Source: Patescibacteria group bacterium
GTDB lineage: Bacteria; Patescibacteriota; Patescibacteriia; UBA9570
Reading direction: 5' to 3'
DNA length: 64,000 nt
Assembly (NCBI GenBank): GCA_041665365.1
Contig: JBAYIY010000006.1
Coordinates: 19,602-83,601 of the forward strand
The position numbers were made by a program, and so were the translations under genes. The notes beneath the pieces are model-generated. The model made no database searches. It was not told where the DNA came from and saw nothing but the letters and a program-made list of their open reading frames with translations. Within the stretch, counting starts at the first letter, position 1. Every line of letters starts with the position of its first letter. Shown piece by piece: positions 50,142 through 59,086 of this stretch.

Positions 50142-51137
50142 ATGCTCGATAGCCAAAACATGTTGTCATCAATTGATATGTTAGCCCAGCAAGTTAGTCA
50201 TGCCTGGAAGGATACAGCCAACTTACAATTATCGATTCCAACTAAATCGATTCAACAAGTAGTCTTGTTTGGTATGGGTGGTTCTGCTTTAGGTATGGAT
50301 GTAGTGCAACATTTATATACTGAACAGACTAAAGTACCTTTACTGATAGTTAATGACTATAAAGTACCTGGTTATATTAATGAACACACTTTAGCGATCT
50401 TTTCCAGCTATTCCGGCACAACCGAAGAAACGCTCATGGCCGCGAAAATTGTCCAACAACGCACCAAACATGTCGCCGTCATCACGACCGGTGGATCACT
50501 GGCGCAATTACCTGGGTATATTATCAACCCAACCTATAATCCCTGTGGGCAACCACGGATTGCCGTTGGTTATGCCGTCACTGGTTTGTTACGGATTTTA
50601 CAGCGTGCTGGAATTATTCAGATAACTGATCAGGACATAGACAATGCCATCCATTTTATTGATGGTAATCGGGAGCTATTAAATGATGCGGCCAAGGAAA
50701 CAGCGGAACGGTGTAAAAATAAATTATTACTTTTCATTGGGAGCGAACACTTACTGGGCAATGTTCATATTGTGACCAACCAAACCAATGAAAATGGCAA
50801 ACACTTTGCTGGATATTTTGCCATCCCAGAACTCAACCATCATTTATTAGAGGGTTTAAGCAATCCGGCTGCCACTAAACAATTACATCTGGTCTTGATT
50901 GAATCAAATTTATATCACGAGCGCGTACAAAAACGCTATGACATTACCAAGCAGGTCTTAGATAAACAGGGGATTAGTCATGAACAATTTATTACTACGG
51001 CCACCACCCCATTACAACAATCATTTGAAGTCTTACAATGGGGCAGTTATTTGAGCTTTTACATCGCGGCTGCGCACAACATTGATCCGTCGCCGATTCC
51101 ATGGGTAGATTATTTTAAACATGCGTTGGCTAAATAA
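50142..51137 (+). CDS. Bifunctional phosphoglucose/phosphomannose isomerase (SIS domain, archaeal type)
   Basis: 331 aa; two SIS-domain pattern (VLFGMGGSALG, SYSGTTEE). Confidence 0.6.
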   Translation: MLDSQNMLSSIDMLAQQVSHAWKDTANLQLSIPTKSIQQVVLFGMGGSALGMDVVQHLYTEQTKVPLLIVNDYKVPGYINEHTLAIFSSYSGTTEETLMAAKIVQQRTKHVAVITTGGSLAQLPGYIINPTYNPCGQPRIAVGYAVTGLLRILQRAGIIQITDQDIDNAIHFIDGNRELLNDAAKETAERCKNKLLLFIGSEHLLGNVHIVTNQTNENGKHFAGYFAIPELNHHLLEGLSNPAATKQLHLVLIESNLYHERVQKRYDITKQVLDKQGISHEQFITTATTPLQQSFEVLQWGSYLSFYIAAAHNIDPSPIPWVDYFKHALAK

Positions 51138-52650
51138 GCTTGGTCCAAGCGCAGTCTTAGGGTTAACCATTGGGCTGTTTATTTGGTATCAATCGATTCA
51201 GACTTTTCCTGACCCCGATGCGTATTATCATGCCAGACTTGCGGCTATCATGCTGCAATCTGGTCTGCCCACCACATTTCCCTGGCTGCCATTAACAACC
51301 TTATATCAACATTTTGCTGATCACCATTTACTGTATCATGTAGCCTTAATGCCCGCTGTGGCATTATTTGGTCCAATTATTGGGGTTAAATTAATGCAAG
51401 TTATATTTGCTAGTTTAGTGATAATTATTTGTTATTTTATTTTGCGCCGGTGGCATATTCCATACCAAGCCCCAGCTCTTTTGCTGTTACTTAGTAGTTA
51501 TCCCTTTCTAGTAAGGATTAATTTAGTAAAAGCTTCCGCCGTGGCGATTTGTTTATTTTTATTGATTCTATATTTTTTATTGCAAAAACGGTATGGGTTA
51601 GTAGGCATTCTAACACTAATTTACACGCTAACTCACGGTGGATTTATTTTAGCAGTGGTTTTAGCGACTGCCGTTTGGTCGGCCGACAGTATCGCCCAAA
51701 TATTTAAAGCAAAACAATATAAACCTATCTTACCAACGGGAATATTTGTTGTGTGGGCAGCCATCATTATTGGAATATTAATCAACCCATCGTTTCCAAA
51801 TAATCTGGCTTTTTTGTGGGCGCAAGTATTTCAGATTGGGGTGGTTAATTATCAGTCGGTGATCTCAGTTGGGGCGGAATGGTACCCATTTCCACTAACC
51901 GAATTAGTCGAAGCGATTAGTGTATTATTAATCGGTGTAGTGGCCACCATTCCAGTGTGGCTGAGGCAGTGGCGTAAAGTGTTAAGTGATGAAAAAGCGG
52001 TGTCTTTATTATTACTCACCCCAGTTTTTTTTATTTTAACTTTACGCTCACGCCGGTTTGTTGAATATTTTATCCCATTACTGTGGTTGTTGATTTGTTT
52101 ATTAGTGCTACCGGCTTGGCAGGCGGGCATTATTCAACCGGTTTGGCAAAGCATCACGCGCCGGCTTGGGCACTGGGCGAAGCTATTAAATATGTACATC
52201 GTAGTCACAACTATTGGTACAATCGTGATTGGTGTAATCGGGATCGGACGCAGTTTTTATCAAGCAAAACCAATTGATCGGTTTGCCCAAGCCGGTGCTT
52301 ATTTACAAAGTGTAGCCGAACCAAATGAAATAGTATTTCATGGGCGGTGGGATGACTTTCCGGCGCTATTTTATTATGCACCGAAAGCGTCATACATGGC
52401 TGGGCTTGATCCAACTTTCCTGTATTTAGCTGATAAAAATTTATATCAACACTGGAATGATATTGCCACGGGCAGGGCTAAACAACAAACGGCTAGTAAC
52501 ATCCGTGATTATTTTCAAGTGCGCTATGTTGTGGTAGATGAATCTGATTCACATACGCAATTAATGTTAGCTTATTTGTTGCGTGATAAAACCGCCAAGC
52601 TAGTTTTTCATCAGAAACCAATGGCAATTTTTAAATTAGTTGAATTATGA
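51121..52650 (+). CDS. Polytopic membrane protein, GT-C-fold glycosyltransferase-like (paralog 1)
   Basis: About 12 TM helices with a C-terminal soluble domain. First extracytoplasmic loop FPDPDAYYH (DxD-like). Shares blocks (RINLVKA, THGGFIL, FPNNL, AEWYPF, DDFPAL, GLDPTFLYLA) with the next gene. Confidence 0.4.
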   Translation: MRWLNKLGPSAVLGLTIGLFIWYQSIQTFPDPDAYYHARLAAIMLQSGLPTTFPWLPLTTLYQHFADHHLLYHVALMPAVALFGPIIGVKLMQVIFASLVIIICYFILRRWHIPYQAPALLLLLSSYPFLVRINLVKASAVAICLFLLILYFLLQKRYGLVGILTLIYTLTHGGFILAVVLATAVWSADSIAQIFKAKQYKPILPTGIFVVWAAIIIGILINPSFPNNLAFLWAQVFQIGVVNYQSVISVGAEWYPFPLTELVEAISVLLIGVVATIPVWLRQWRKVLSDEKAVSLLLLTPVFFILTLRSRRFVEYFIPLLWLLICLLVLPAWQAGIIQPVWQSITRRLGHWAKLLNMYIVVTTIGTIVIGVIGIGRSFYQAKPIDRFAQAGAYLQSVAEPNEIVFHGRWDDFPALFYYAPKASYMAGLDPTFLYLADKNLYQHWNDIATGRAKQQTASNIRDYFQVRYVVVDESDSHTQLMLAYLLRDKTAKLVFHQKPMAIFKLVEL

Positions 52651-54077
52651 AATGGTATGTGTGGCTGAGCATTGTGCTGCTGGCACTTGGTTTGTGCAGC
52701 TTACAAGGCACAGTTGTTTTTCCTGATCCAGATGCGTTTTACCATGTTGGCGTGGCCCAACATTTATGGGAGTTTGGCTTTGCTAAAACATTTTCCGGAT
52801 TGCAACCCACTACTTTAGGGCAACACTTTGTCGATCAGCATTTCTTATTACATTTTACCCTAGCACCATTTGTGTGGATGATGAGCCCTGGAGTTGGCAC
52901 CAAAGTATATATGGTAGTTGTAGTATTAGTCTGTTTAAGTGTCATGTCTTACATGCTATATTGGATCAAAGCACAGACTTGGTGGGTTGGAGTTATGCTT
53001 TTGGTAGCAACTAACGCCTGGTTATTTCGTATAAATTTAGTAAAGGCCACGCCGTTGGCTTTGATTTTGTTATTTTTATCACTGCTAGCTTTACAAACAA
53101 AAAAATATAAATGGTTACTGCTAATAGGTGGTCTCTATGTCTGGACACACGGTGGGTTTATTTTATTGCCCATTCTAGTTGGAGTTTGGAGCCTGTTAGC
53201 CAAACAATGGAAACCGGTCGCGTATGTATTATGTGGAATCAGTGTGGCTATTTTAGTCCACCCAGCCTTTCCAAATAATCTATTATTTTATTGGGAACAA
53301 CTTGTTCAAATCGGCGCAGTTAATTATCAAACTGTGATTGGGGTAGGAGGAGAGTGGTATCCCTATGAACCCGGTTCATTAGTATTTGGTCATACTATAA
53401 TTTTTTCCATTCTAATAATTAGTCTTGTCCTGCATGTCTTACAAAGACGTCCGTTTACTGTGGCGCAAATATGTTTTTCTATTTACACCGTAATATTTTT
53501 CATTCTCACATTAAAATCCAAAAGATACGTGGAATATTTTTCACCCATGTTAGCCTGCACAGCGGCATTGTATGTGCCAACGGTGATAAAATCAAAAGTA
53601 GAGACACACAATAAAGTAGAGACACGCCATGGCATGTCTCTACTTTTGATTCCCACGGCAATTATGATTGTTGTCCTGGTACCGGTTGTAATTCAAGAAA
53701 TTATTACCGCAAAAACTGATTTGCAATCTGGCCAAGCGTTAACCTATTTACATGGAGCCGGAGAATTTTTAGATACTTTACCACCAGGGCAAGTCGTTGC
53801 CCCCAGTGATTGGGATGATTTTCCAGCTCTGTGGCGAGCCGCACCACACCAACAATTTTTAATTGGATTAGATCCGACTTTTCTATATCTGGCTAATCCT
53901 ACTCGTTATGAAGCTTGGCGCGCCCTCACCTTAGGTGAAGACAATGATGTTGATACAGTAGGGGCAGATTATTATGTGGTAGCCAAAGACCATAAATCTA
54001 TGCATAAACATTTGGTAAAAATTGATGCCGTGACGGTTTATGAAGACGATGAGGCTTGGGTGTTAACAACCCCATAA
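52647..54077 (+). CDS. Polytopic membrane protein, GT-C-fold glycosyltransferase-like (paralog 2), with in-frame palindrome-encoded insert
   Basis: Same conserved blocks as paralog 1. Residues KSKVETHNKVETRHGMSLLLIP are encoded by a family-A palindrome at 53594..53648. Confidence 0.4.
   Translation: MKWYVWLSIVLLALGLCSLQGTVVFPDPDAFYHVGVAQHLWEFGFAKTFSGLQPTTLGQHFVDQHFLLHFTLAPFVWMMSPGVGTKVYMVVVVLVCLSVMSYMLYWIKAQTWWVGVMLLVATNAWLFRINLVKATPLALILLFLSLLALQTKKYKWLLLIGGLYVWTHGGFILLPILVGVWSLLAKQWKPVAYVLCGISVAILVHPAFPNNLLFYWEQLVQIGAVNYQTVIGVGGEWYPYEPGSLVFGHTIIFSILIISLVLHVLQRRPFTVAQICFSIYTVIFFILTLKSKRYVEYFSPMLACTAALYVPTVIKSKVETHNKVETRHGMSLLLIPTAIMIVVLVPVVIQEIITAKTDLQSGQALTYLHGAGEFLDTLPPGQVVAPSDWDDFPALWRAAPHQQFLIGLDPTFLYLANPTRYEAWRALTLGEDNDVDTVGADYYVVAKDHKSMHKHLVKIDAVTVYEDDEAWVLTTP
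53594..53648. repeat. Family-A palindrome (one mismatch) with partial tandem duplication, inserted in-frame in a CDS
   Basis: aaagtagagacaca + aaagtagagacacgccatggcatgtctctacttt. Confidence 0.85.
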
Positions 54078-54080
54078 AAA

Positions 54081-54111
54081 ATAACACCCGGTTTCATACT
54101 GGGTGTTATTT
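54081..54111 (+). terminator. Hairpin (aataacaccc-loop-gggtgttatt) after the membrane-protein pair
   Basis: 10 bp perfect stem directly after the stop codon, followed by T-rich sequence. Confidence 0.5.
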
Positions 54112-54113
54112 TG

Positions 54114-54141
54114 TAGAGACATGCCATGGCATGTCTCTACT
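54114..54141. repeat. Family-A palindrome, 28 bp perfect core (GTAGAGACATGCCATGGCATGTCTCTAC)
   Basis: Read directly; between convergent genes. Confidence 0.9.
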
Positions 54142-54148
54142 GTTTTTA

Positions 54149-54559
54149 TCAACCAGTACTGACTGAACTGGCACCGGTGAAGTTTAACAAATTGTTAATC
54201 ACATACACAGATACGCCCCAACCAGCCAAAATGATAACTAAACCAATCAAAGCAGCGTAGAGAGTTTTCTTCGCTCCTTCGACTTTTTCTTCATTACCAC
54301 CGGCTGTCATCCAACGGAAACCACCGACTAAAATTAAAACAACTGCGATTAAGGCAAGAATACCCAAAACCCAGTTAATAACACTAATCACCAAAGCTTC
54401 TGGGCTAGCATTGCCTAGAATCATGGCATCAGTGATGCCGGTATTGTCTAACTGATCGACTGTTAACGAGCTAGCGTTGGTGGCCGCAGCAGTTAACATA
54501 CCCACGGCACCTATTCCAAGATAGGCGAAACGGGTGACTGTACTTTTGAACTTATTCAT
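54149..54559 (-). CDS. Secreted pilin-like protein with C-terminal two-TM hairpin module (family member 1)
   Basis: Signal peptide, then INWVLGILALIAVVLILVGGFRWMTAGGNEEKVEGAKKTLYAALIGLVIILAGWGV. Confidence 0.55.
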   Translation of the reverse strand: MNKFKSTVTRFAYLGIGAVGMLTAAATNASSLTVDQLDNTGITDAMILGNASPEALVISVINWVLGILALIAVVLILVGGFRWMTAGGNEEKVEGAKKTLYAALIGLVIILAGWGVSVYVINNLLNFTGASSVSTG

Positions 54560-54667
54560 AGTGTTCTTTAAGTATTAAATTAATTATTAATGGAACTATA
54601 CATAGATTAAACGATTTTGTAAAGACTAGGTTGACTTCTCGGGAATTGTAATGGTAAAGTACACACC

Positions 54668-54982
54668 ATGAAACGCTTGGCTTTTAGTTTGGAGTTCGAT
54701 TCAGATAAAACGCTGCAAACCTATACGAAGCTTGGAAATACCGATCCGGTATCCATTGTGTTCACAATTGTAAATACAGCCTTAGTATTTTTAGGTGTAG
54801 TAACATTAGTACTTATTATAGTGGCTGGCTTCTTATGGCTAACGGCCGGTGGTAATGAAGAACAAATTAAAAAATCCAAAGACATTATGAAAGGTGCTGT
54901 GATTGGTTTGGTGATAGTGTTAGGTTCCTACGGTATTGCTCAATATCTCTTTACCGCCATTCAATTAGCCACTACTAGTTAA
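54668..54982 (+). CDS. Pilin-like two-TM hairpin module protein (member 2, no obvious leader)
   Basis: VNTALVFLGVVTLVLIIVAGFLWLTAGGNEEQIKKSKDIMKGAVIGLVIVLGSYGIAQYLF. Confidence 0.5.
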   Translation: MKRLAFSLEFDSDKTLQTYTKLGNTDPVSIVFTIVNTALVFLGVVTLVLIIVAGFLWLTAGGNEEQIKKSKDIMKGAVIGLVIVLGSYGIAQYLFTAIQLATTS

Positions 54983-54985
54983 TTT

Positions 54986-55387
54986 ATGCACATACGTTTA
55001 CCTCTATTATTATCGTCACTGACCATCATGGTTGGTGTAACATTAAGCTCTATATCAGTAGATGCCGCGAGTATTTCAATCGACCCATTAGGAGGTACTG
55101 AGTTTTACGGCAGTCTAAGTGATACTGGTTTAGGTACAGCCGATCCGGTCACGGTAGCGTCACAGATTGTGAATGTGTTCTTACGTTTGTTAGGAGCCAT
55201 TACCGTTATGTTAATGATTTACGGTGGTTGGACATGGATTTGGGCGCGTGGTAATCAAGAAGAGGTTACCAAAGCCAAAGAAATTATTACCGGTGCTGTA
55301 ATTGGCCTAGTGATTGTACTGGCATCATTTGGTATTATGCAATATCTGTTTTATTATTTGACCAAAATTACCAATGCGGTTAAGTAG
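54986..55387 (+). CDS. Secreted pilin-like two-TM hairpin module protein (member 3)
   Basis: Signal peptide, then IVNVFLRLLGAITVMLMIYGGWTWIWARGNQEEVTKAKEIITGAVIGLVIVLASFGIMQYLF. Confidence 0.55.
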   Translation: MHIRLPLLLSSLTIMVGVTLSSISVDAASISIDPLGGTEFYGSLSDTGLGTADPVTVASQIVNVFLRLLGAITVMLMIYGGWTWIWARGNQEEVTKAKEIITGAVIGLVIVLASFGIMQYLFYYLTKITNAVK

Positions 55388-56228
55388 ATGGATTTTTTTG
55401 GTTTGTTTGCTAGTAGCGCCAGTTTGGGTTAGAGCCGCCGATGCACCCTCTGACACTGAAATTGAAATGAGCGCCGGTTCTACTTCTGCCACAGCTGGTG
55501 TACAATTTGATCCGTCAAAAAATATTATTGGTAATCCGGATAATGATCAAAAATTATCAGTTGGATCAGTTTTGAGATTAACTTATTTATCCGGTGCATC
55601 AGATCCGTTATCTATTACCATCAATGTAATAAATGTGGCTTTAAGTTTTTTAGGATTAACATCATTAATAATGATGTTATATGCAGGATTAAAGTGGTTT
55701 TTTGCTCGGGAAAATGAGGAAGAAGCCACCAAGGCCAAAGAGATTATTATTGGTGCCGTGATCGGCTTGGTCATTACACTGGGGTCGTACGGTATTGTAC
55801 AACTATTATTTAGTCAATTTACAATTGCTACAGCATTTATCAAATCGATCATTCCGATAGCTTATGCTGATAGCGGAGTGACAATAGAACCAGCGACATT
55901 GCCATTTGATCCAAGTAAGGCCTCTGGTGGCTATGTGGCCGTAACTAGGGCAAGCTTAGTGCCAATTACAGGCATTAATTTAGGAAAAACTGATCCTTTA
56001 TCTGTAACCATTAATGTGGTTAATATTTTACTATCATTATTAGCCACTGCCTTTTTGGGTTTGATGTTGTATACTGGTGGTGTGTGGGTTTGGGCACGAG
56101 GTAACGAAGAAATAATCTTGCGGGCGCGGGATACATTGTTTCGGGCTGTGCTCGGGTTAGTTATTGTGCTCGGAGCATACGGCATTGCTGAATTAGTGTT
56201 TACTTTAATTAGTCAGCAAACAACCTAA
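55374..56228 (+). CDS. Secreted protein with two tandem pilin-like hairpin modules (member 4)
   Basis: Module a: NVALSFLGLTSLIMMLYAGLKWFFARENEEEATKAKEIIIGAVIGLVITLGSYGIVQLLF. Module b: VNILLSLLATAFLGLMLYTGGVWVWARGNEEIILRARDTLFRAVLGLVIVLGAYGIAELVF. Confidence 0.55.
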   Translation: MRLSRWIFLVCLLVAPVWVRAADAPSDTEIEMSAGSTSATAGVQFDPSKNIIGNPDNDQKLSVGSVLRLTYLSGASDPLSITINVINVALSFLGLTSLIMMLYAGLKWFFARENEEEATKAKEIIIGAVIGLVITLGSYGIVQLLFSQFTIATAFIKSIIPIAYADSGVTIEPATLPFDPSKASGGYVAVTRASLVPITGINLGKTDPLSVTINVVNILLSLLATAFLGLMLYTGGVWVWARGNEEIILRARDTLFRAVLGLVIVLGAYGIAELVFTLISQQTT

Positions 56229-56234
56229 TTTATT

Positions 56235-56639
56235 ATGATGCGAAGAATAATATTAAGTGGTTTTATCCTATTAGTTAGTGCCCAACAGACACTGGCAGTT
56301 GGTTTTCTGCCAACCAATGATGATACTGGGTTGCTAAACACAACAGCTTCAAACTCATTAGCCTTAGGGAAAGCTCAACCAACCACAGTGGCGTTAAATC
56401 TAATAAATGCCGGACTGTCATTGTTGGCGGCGGTGTGCGTGGGGTTATTAATTTATGCTGGGTTCTTATGGGTGTGGGCCAGGGGAAATACAGAAGAAGT
56501 AAAAAAAGCCAAAGATATTCTCACTGGTACAGTACTTGGTTTAATTGTAATATTGGCGTCATTGGGAATAACTCGATTTGTGTTTACGACAGTAGGAAAC
56601 ATTACCGGCGCAACCATCGTTAATAACGCATCTGAATAA
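56235..56639 (+). CDS. Secreted pilin-like two-TM hairpin module protein (member 5)
   Basis: LINAGLSLLAAVCVGLLIYAGFLWVWARGNTEEVKKAKDILTGTVLGLIVILASLGITRFVF. Confidence 0.55.
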   Translation: MMRRIILSGFILLVSAQQTLAVGFLPTNDDTGLLNTTASNSLALGKAQPTTVALNLINAGLSLLAAVCVGLLIYAGFLWVWARGNTEEVKKAKDILTGTVLGLIVILASLGITRFVFTTVGNITGATIVNNASE

Positions 56640-56648
56640 GATACATAT

Positions 56649-57026
56649 ATGATAAAAAAAATATCCTCAATCTTAATAACTAGTTCATTAATCGCATTGC
56701 CGTTGTTATCACTGGCTGAATATACTCCACAAGCCGTGGTGTTCGATCCAAACTCAAATGTGGAAAGAAACACTGGTTTAGGAAACGCTACACCAGGTGG
56801 TATTGCCGCCGGCGTAATTAATTGGGTATTGGGTATACTAGCCTTACTAGCGATTTGTTTAGTAATTTACGGTGGAATTTTATGGATGACATCGGCCGGC
56901 AATGAGGAACAAGTGAAAAAAGCCAAAGATATACTTTTTGGTGCGTTAATTGGCGTGGTAATTATTTTAGCATCCTATGGTGCTACCCAATATGTCTTTA
57001 CGAACCTGGTCGATATTACTACTTAA
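56649..57026 (+). CDS. Secreted pilin-like two-TM hairpin module protein (member 6)
   Basis: VINWVLGILALLAICLVIYGGILWMTSAGNEEQVKKAKDILFGALIGVVIILASYGATQYVF. Confidence 0.55.
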   Translation: MIKKISSILITSSLIALPLLSLAEYTPQAVVFDPNSNVERNTGLGNATPGGIAAGVINWVLGILALLAICLVIYGGILWMTSAGNEEQVKKAKDILFGALIGVVIILASYGATQYVFTNLVDITT

Positions 57027-57390
57027 CTTTTTATTAGTTGGTGTTTTACCAATTATTCCGGCGTTGGCTTATGAACAGCGGCCGTTGGATTATTATCAAA
57101 ATGATATTCAGGTCAATACCGGCTTAGGTGGCTATGATAATGTTGGTAGTGAAGGGCCAGTGGAGACAGCCTCGCGGGCAATCAATATATTACTTGGTTT
57201 ACTAGGTACATTAACTTTGTGTTTAGTTATTTACGCCGGCTTTTTGTGGATGACAGCACAAGGTAATGAGGAACAAGCCAAAAAAGCCAAAGATATTTTA
57301 TCTGGTGCTGTGATTGGAATAGTCATCATTCTCGCCTCCTACGGAATAACCAATTACGTTTTTAGGAGTTTAGTGAATATCACAAACTAA
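56977..57390 (+). CDS. Secreted pilin-like two-TM hairpin module protein (member 7)
   Basis: AINILLGLLGTLTLCLVIYAGFLWMTAQGNEEQAKKAKDILSGAVIGIVIILASYGITNYVF. The start probably lies at an internal Met (MSLRTW...), given the overlap with member 6. Confidence 0.5.
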   Translation: MVLPNMSLRTWSILLLNFLLVGVLPIIPALAYEQRPLDYYQNDIQVNTGLGGYDNVGSEGPVETASRAINILLGLLGTLTLCLVIYAGFLWMTAQGNEEQAKKAKDILSGAVIGIVIILASYGITNYVFRSLVNITN

Positions 57391-57408
57391 CACTACAAAT
57401 AATAAGCC

Positions 57409-57437
57409 AAATATCTGTAGTAGTACTACAGATATTT
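57409..57437 (+). terminator. Perfect palindromic hairpin (AAATATCTGTAGTA|GTACTACAGATATTT) after the pilin-like gene run
   Basis: Read directly, 17 nt after the stop codon. Confidence 0.4.
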
Positions 57438-57471
57438 TGATAAAATTCTGTAGTTTCACTAAATTAATCTT

Positions 57472-57568
57472 CCCGGAATACACCTCCCCAACCCTCCTAT
57501 TCTAGGAGGGAGCAAGAAATAATCTAATTCTTTATCTTACCCTTCCTACAATAGGAAGGGTGCTCGAG
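57472..57568 (-). mobile_element. About 100 bp MITE-like repeat element, copy 2 (inverted relative to copy 1 at 9019)
   Basis: Reverse complement aligns along nearly its whole length with 9019..9116, including both internal hairpins and the aagataaagaa spacer. Confidence 0.7.
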
Positions 57569-57678
57569 TCCGCGAGGGCGGGATGGTGTTCTGAGATTCA
57601 AGACTTCAAGTTGACAGTACTGATTTTTATTGATAACCTTTATCAATAAAGAGCGCCACCTAAGATTGGGGCGCTTTT

Positions 57679-58050
57679 ATGTATATACGATCGTCGAATC
57701 GAAATATTCTTCAATATGATCAGAAGCTTAGATGGATTGCAAAATCATTGAGAAAAAATGCTACAGAAGCTGAACGGTTACTCTGGCAAGAATTACGATC
57801 CAGAAAACTTGGTTACAAGTTTAGACGTCAACATGCACTCCATGGTTACATTGTTGATTTTTATTGTTACGCAAAAATGTTAGTAATTGAAGTTGATGGA
57901 TCTATTCATGATGCTAAAATAGATCATGATCGCTCAAAAGATGACATTTTAAAATTAAACGGTTTCAAAGTGATTCGGTTCACAAATGAAGCAGTTATAT
58001 ACCATCTCACAGAAGTCACAAATACCATACAGCATTATCTAGCTCAATAA
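57679..58050 (+). CDS. DUF559 (Vsr-like / restriction-endonuclease-fold) domain protein
   Basis: LWQELRSRKLGYKFRRQHALHGYIVDFYCYAKMLVIEVDGSIHD...KDDILKLNGFKVIRFTNEAV, the typical DUF559 pattern. Bracketed by copies of the ccttcctacaataggaagg hairpin. Confidence 0.7.
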   Translation: MYIRSSNRNILQYDQKLRWIAKSLRKNATEAERLLWQELRSRKLGYKFRRQHALHGYIVDFYCYAKMLVIEVDGSIHDAKIDHDRSKDDILKLNGFKVIRFTNEAVIYHLTEVTNTIQHYLAQ

Positions 58051-58098
58051 ATGCTCCTGCTCCCTTCCTACAATAGGAAGGGCTGGGGATGGTGTACT
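58050..58098. repeat. Partial copy of the MITE-like element (ctcccttcctacaataggaagggctggggatggtgtactc)
   Basis: Shares the hairpin and the ggctgggga(t)ggtgt tail with copy 1. Confidence 0.65.
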
Positions 58099-58725
58099 CT
58101 AAGCCCCCGTCGCTGTTTGGAATATACTAAACGTGAAACTGAGTAAGGCGTAGCTAGCTAGCACTACGGCTAATCCAATTACTGCCCAAATTAGTATTTT
58201 TTTGCCTTTAGTGACCATTTCTTCATTTCCATGGGAAAAGATTAAATTCATTCCGCCCCACACAAACATCAACAAAGCTAGTGAACCAACAATACCCAAT
58301 AATATTTGAATAAGAATCGCAATTATTACGGTGATAGAGGCTTGTGATGTTGAACCAAACGGTGGTTTCAAGAAAGTAGGTTTTGTAACGGAAGTGGGTG
58401 TAGTTGGCGTTGTAGTAGTGGTAGTAGTCGTTGGACTAATTGTACAAGAACTACACGTGGTATCGCATGCAGAAGTATCATTAAGTGGATCACACTTATC
58501 AGTATAACATGCAGTTAGATCGAATGTTGGATCGAAACTGGGATCGGTCGGGTCAAGATCTAAAGCGTCGCAGGTAGCTTCACAGGACGCTACTTCTGCC
58601 GCTGCTTTATCTTCACATTTATTCAGACAATCTTTGCATTCGTCAGCCTGTACGGGTGCTTTTGGTACGCCAAGCAACACAACTACTAGGCTTAATAAAA
58701 GTGGAAACAAGAATTTGTATGGCAT
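58099..58725 (-). CDS. Secreted Cys-rich / poly-Thr protein with C-terminal pilin-like hairpin module (member 8, subfamily 2)
   Basis: Signal peptide, Cys-rich region (ECKDCLNKCEDK...CDTTCSSC), TTTTTTTPTTPTS linker, then QILLGIVGSLALLMFVWGGMNLIFSHGNEEMVTKGKKILIWAVIGLAVVLASYALLSF. Confidence 0.5.
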   Translation of the reverse strand: MPYKFLFPLLLSLVVVLLGVPKAPVQADECKDCLNKCEDKAAAEVASCEATCDALDLDPTDPSFDPTFDLTACYTDKCDPLNDTSACDTTCSSCTISPTTTTTTTTPTTPTSVTKPTFLKPPFGSTSQASITVIIAILIQILLGIVGSLALLMFVWGGMNLIFSHGNEEMVTKGKKILIWAVIGLAVVLASYALLSFTFSIFQTATGA

Positions 58726-58735
58726 GGTCTTACAA

Positions 58736-59086
58736 TTAAGCGCCGGAGGCGGTTTTTAATATTCCAAAAACGAAGCTGGTTAGGGCATAGGCACTTAAAA
58801 CAATCACTAAACCAATGGTTGCCCAGATGAGAGTACTTTTCCCTTTTTTGAGATTTTCTTCATTACCACCGGAAAACACCATGTGTAATCCACCCCAAAT
58901 AAACATTAACAAAGCCCCAGAACCAACTATGCCGAGTAATACTTGAATAATAATGGCTATAACGGTTGTAATGGTGACACTGGCAGCATCACCAACTGGC
59001 GAGAAACCGGTGTCGGTAGCCAAGGTGATCAGTGGAACCAAGAAACCAATAGATGTAATTAATATGGGTGGTAGTTTGGATTTCAT
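58736..59086 (-). CDS. Secreted pilin-like two-TM hairpin module protein (member 9, subfamily 2)
   Basis: IQVLLGIVGSGALLMFIWGGLHMVFSGGNEENLKKGKSTLIWATIGLVIVLSAYALTSFVF. Confidence 0.55.
   Translation of the reverse strand: MKSKLPPILITSIGFLVPLITLATDTGFSPVGDAASVTITTVIAIIIQVLLGIVGSGALLMFIWGGLHMVFSGGNEENLKKGKSTLIWATIGLVIVLSAYALTSFVFGILKTASGA

Noticed and set aside
57651-57678. Hairpin gagcgccacctaagattggggcgctttt as a terminator
   Set aside because: It directly abuts the DUF559 start codon, so it could equally be part of the cassette's 5' UTR or a regulatory hairpin. The orientation and function are ambiguous, so it was not listed as a feature.
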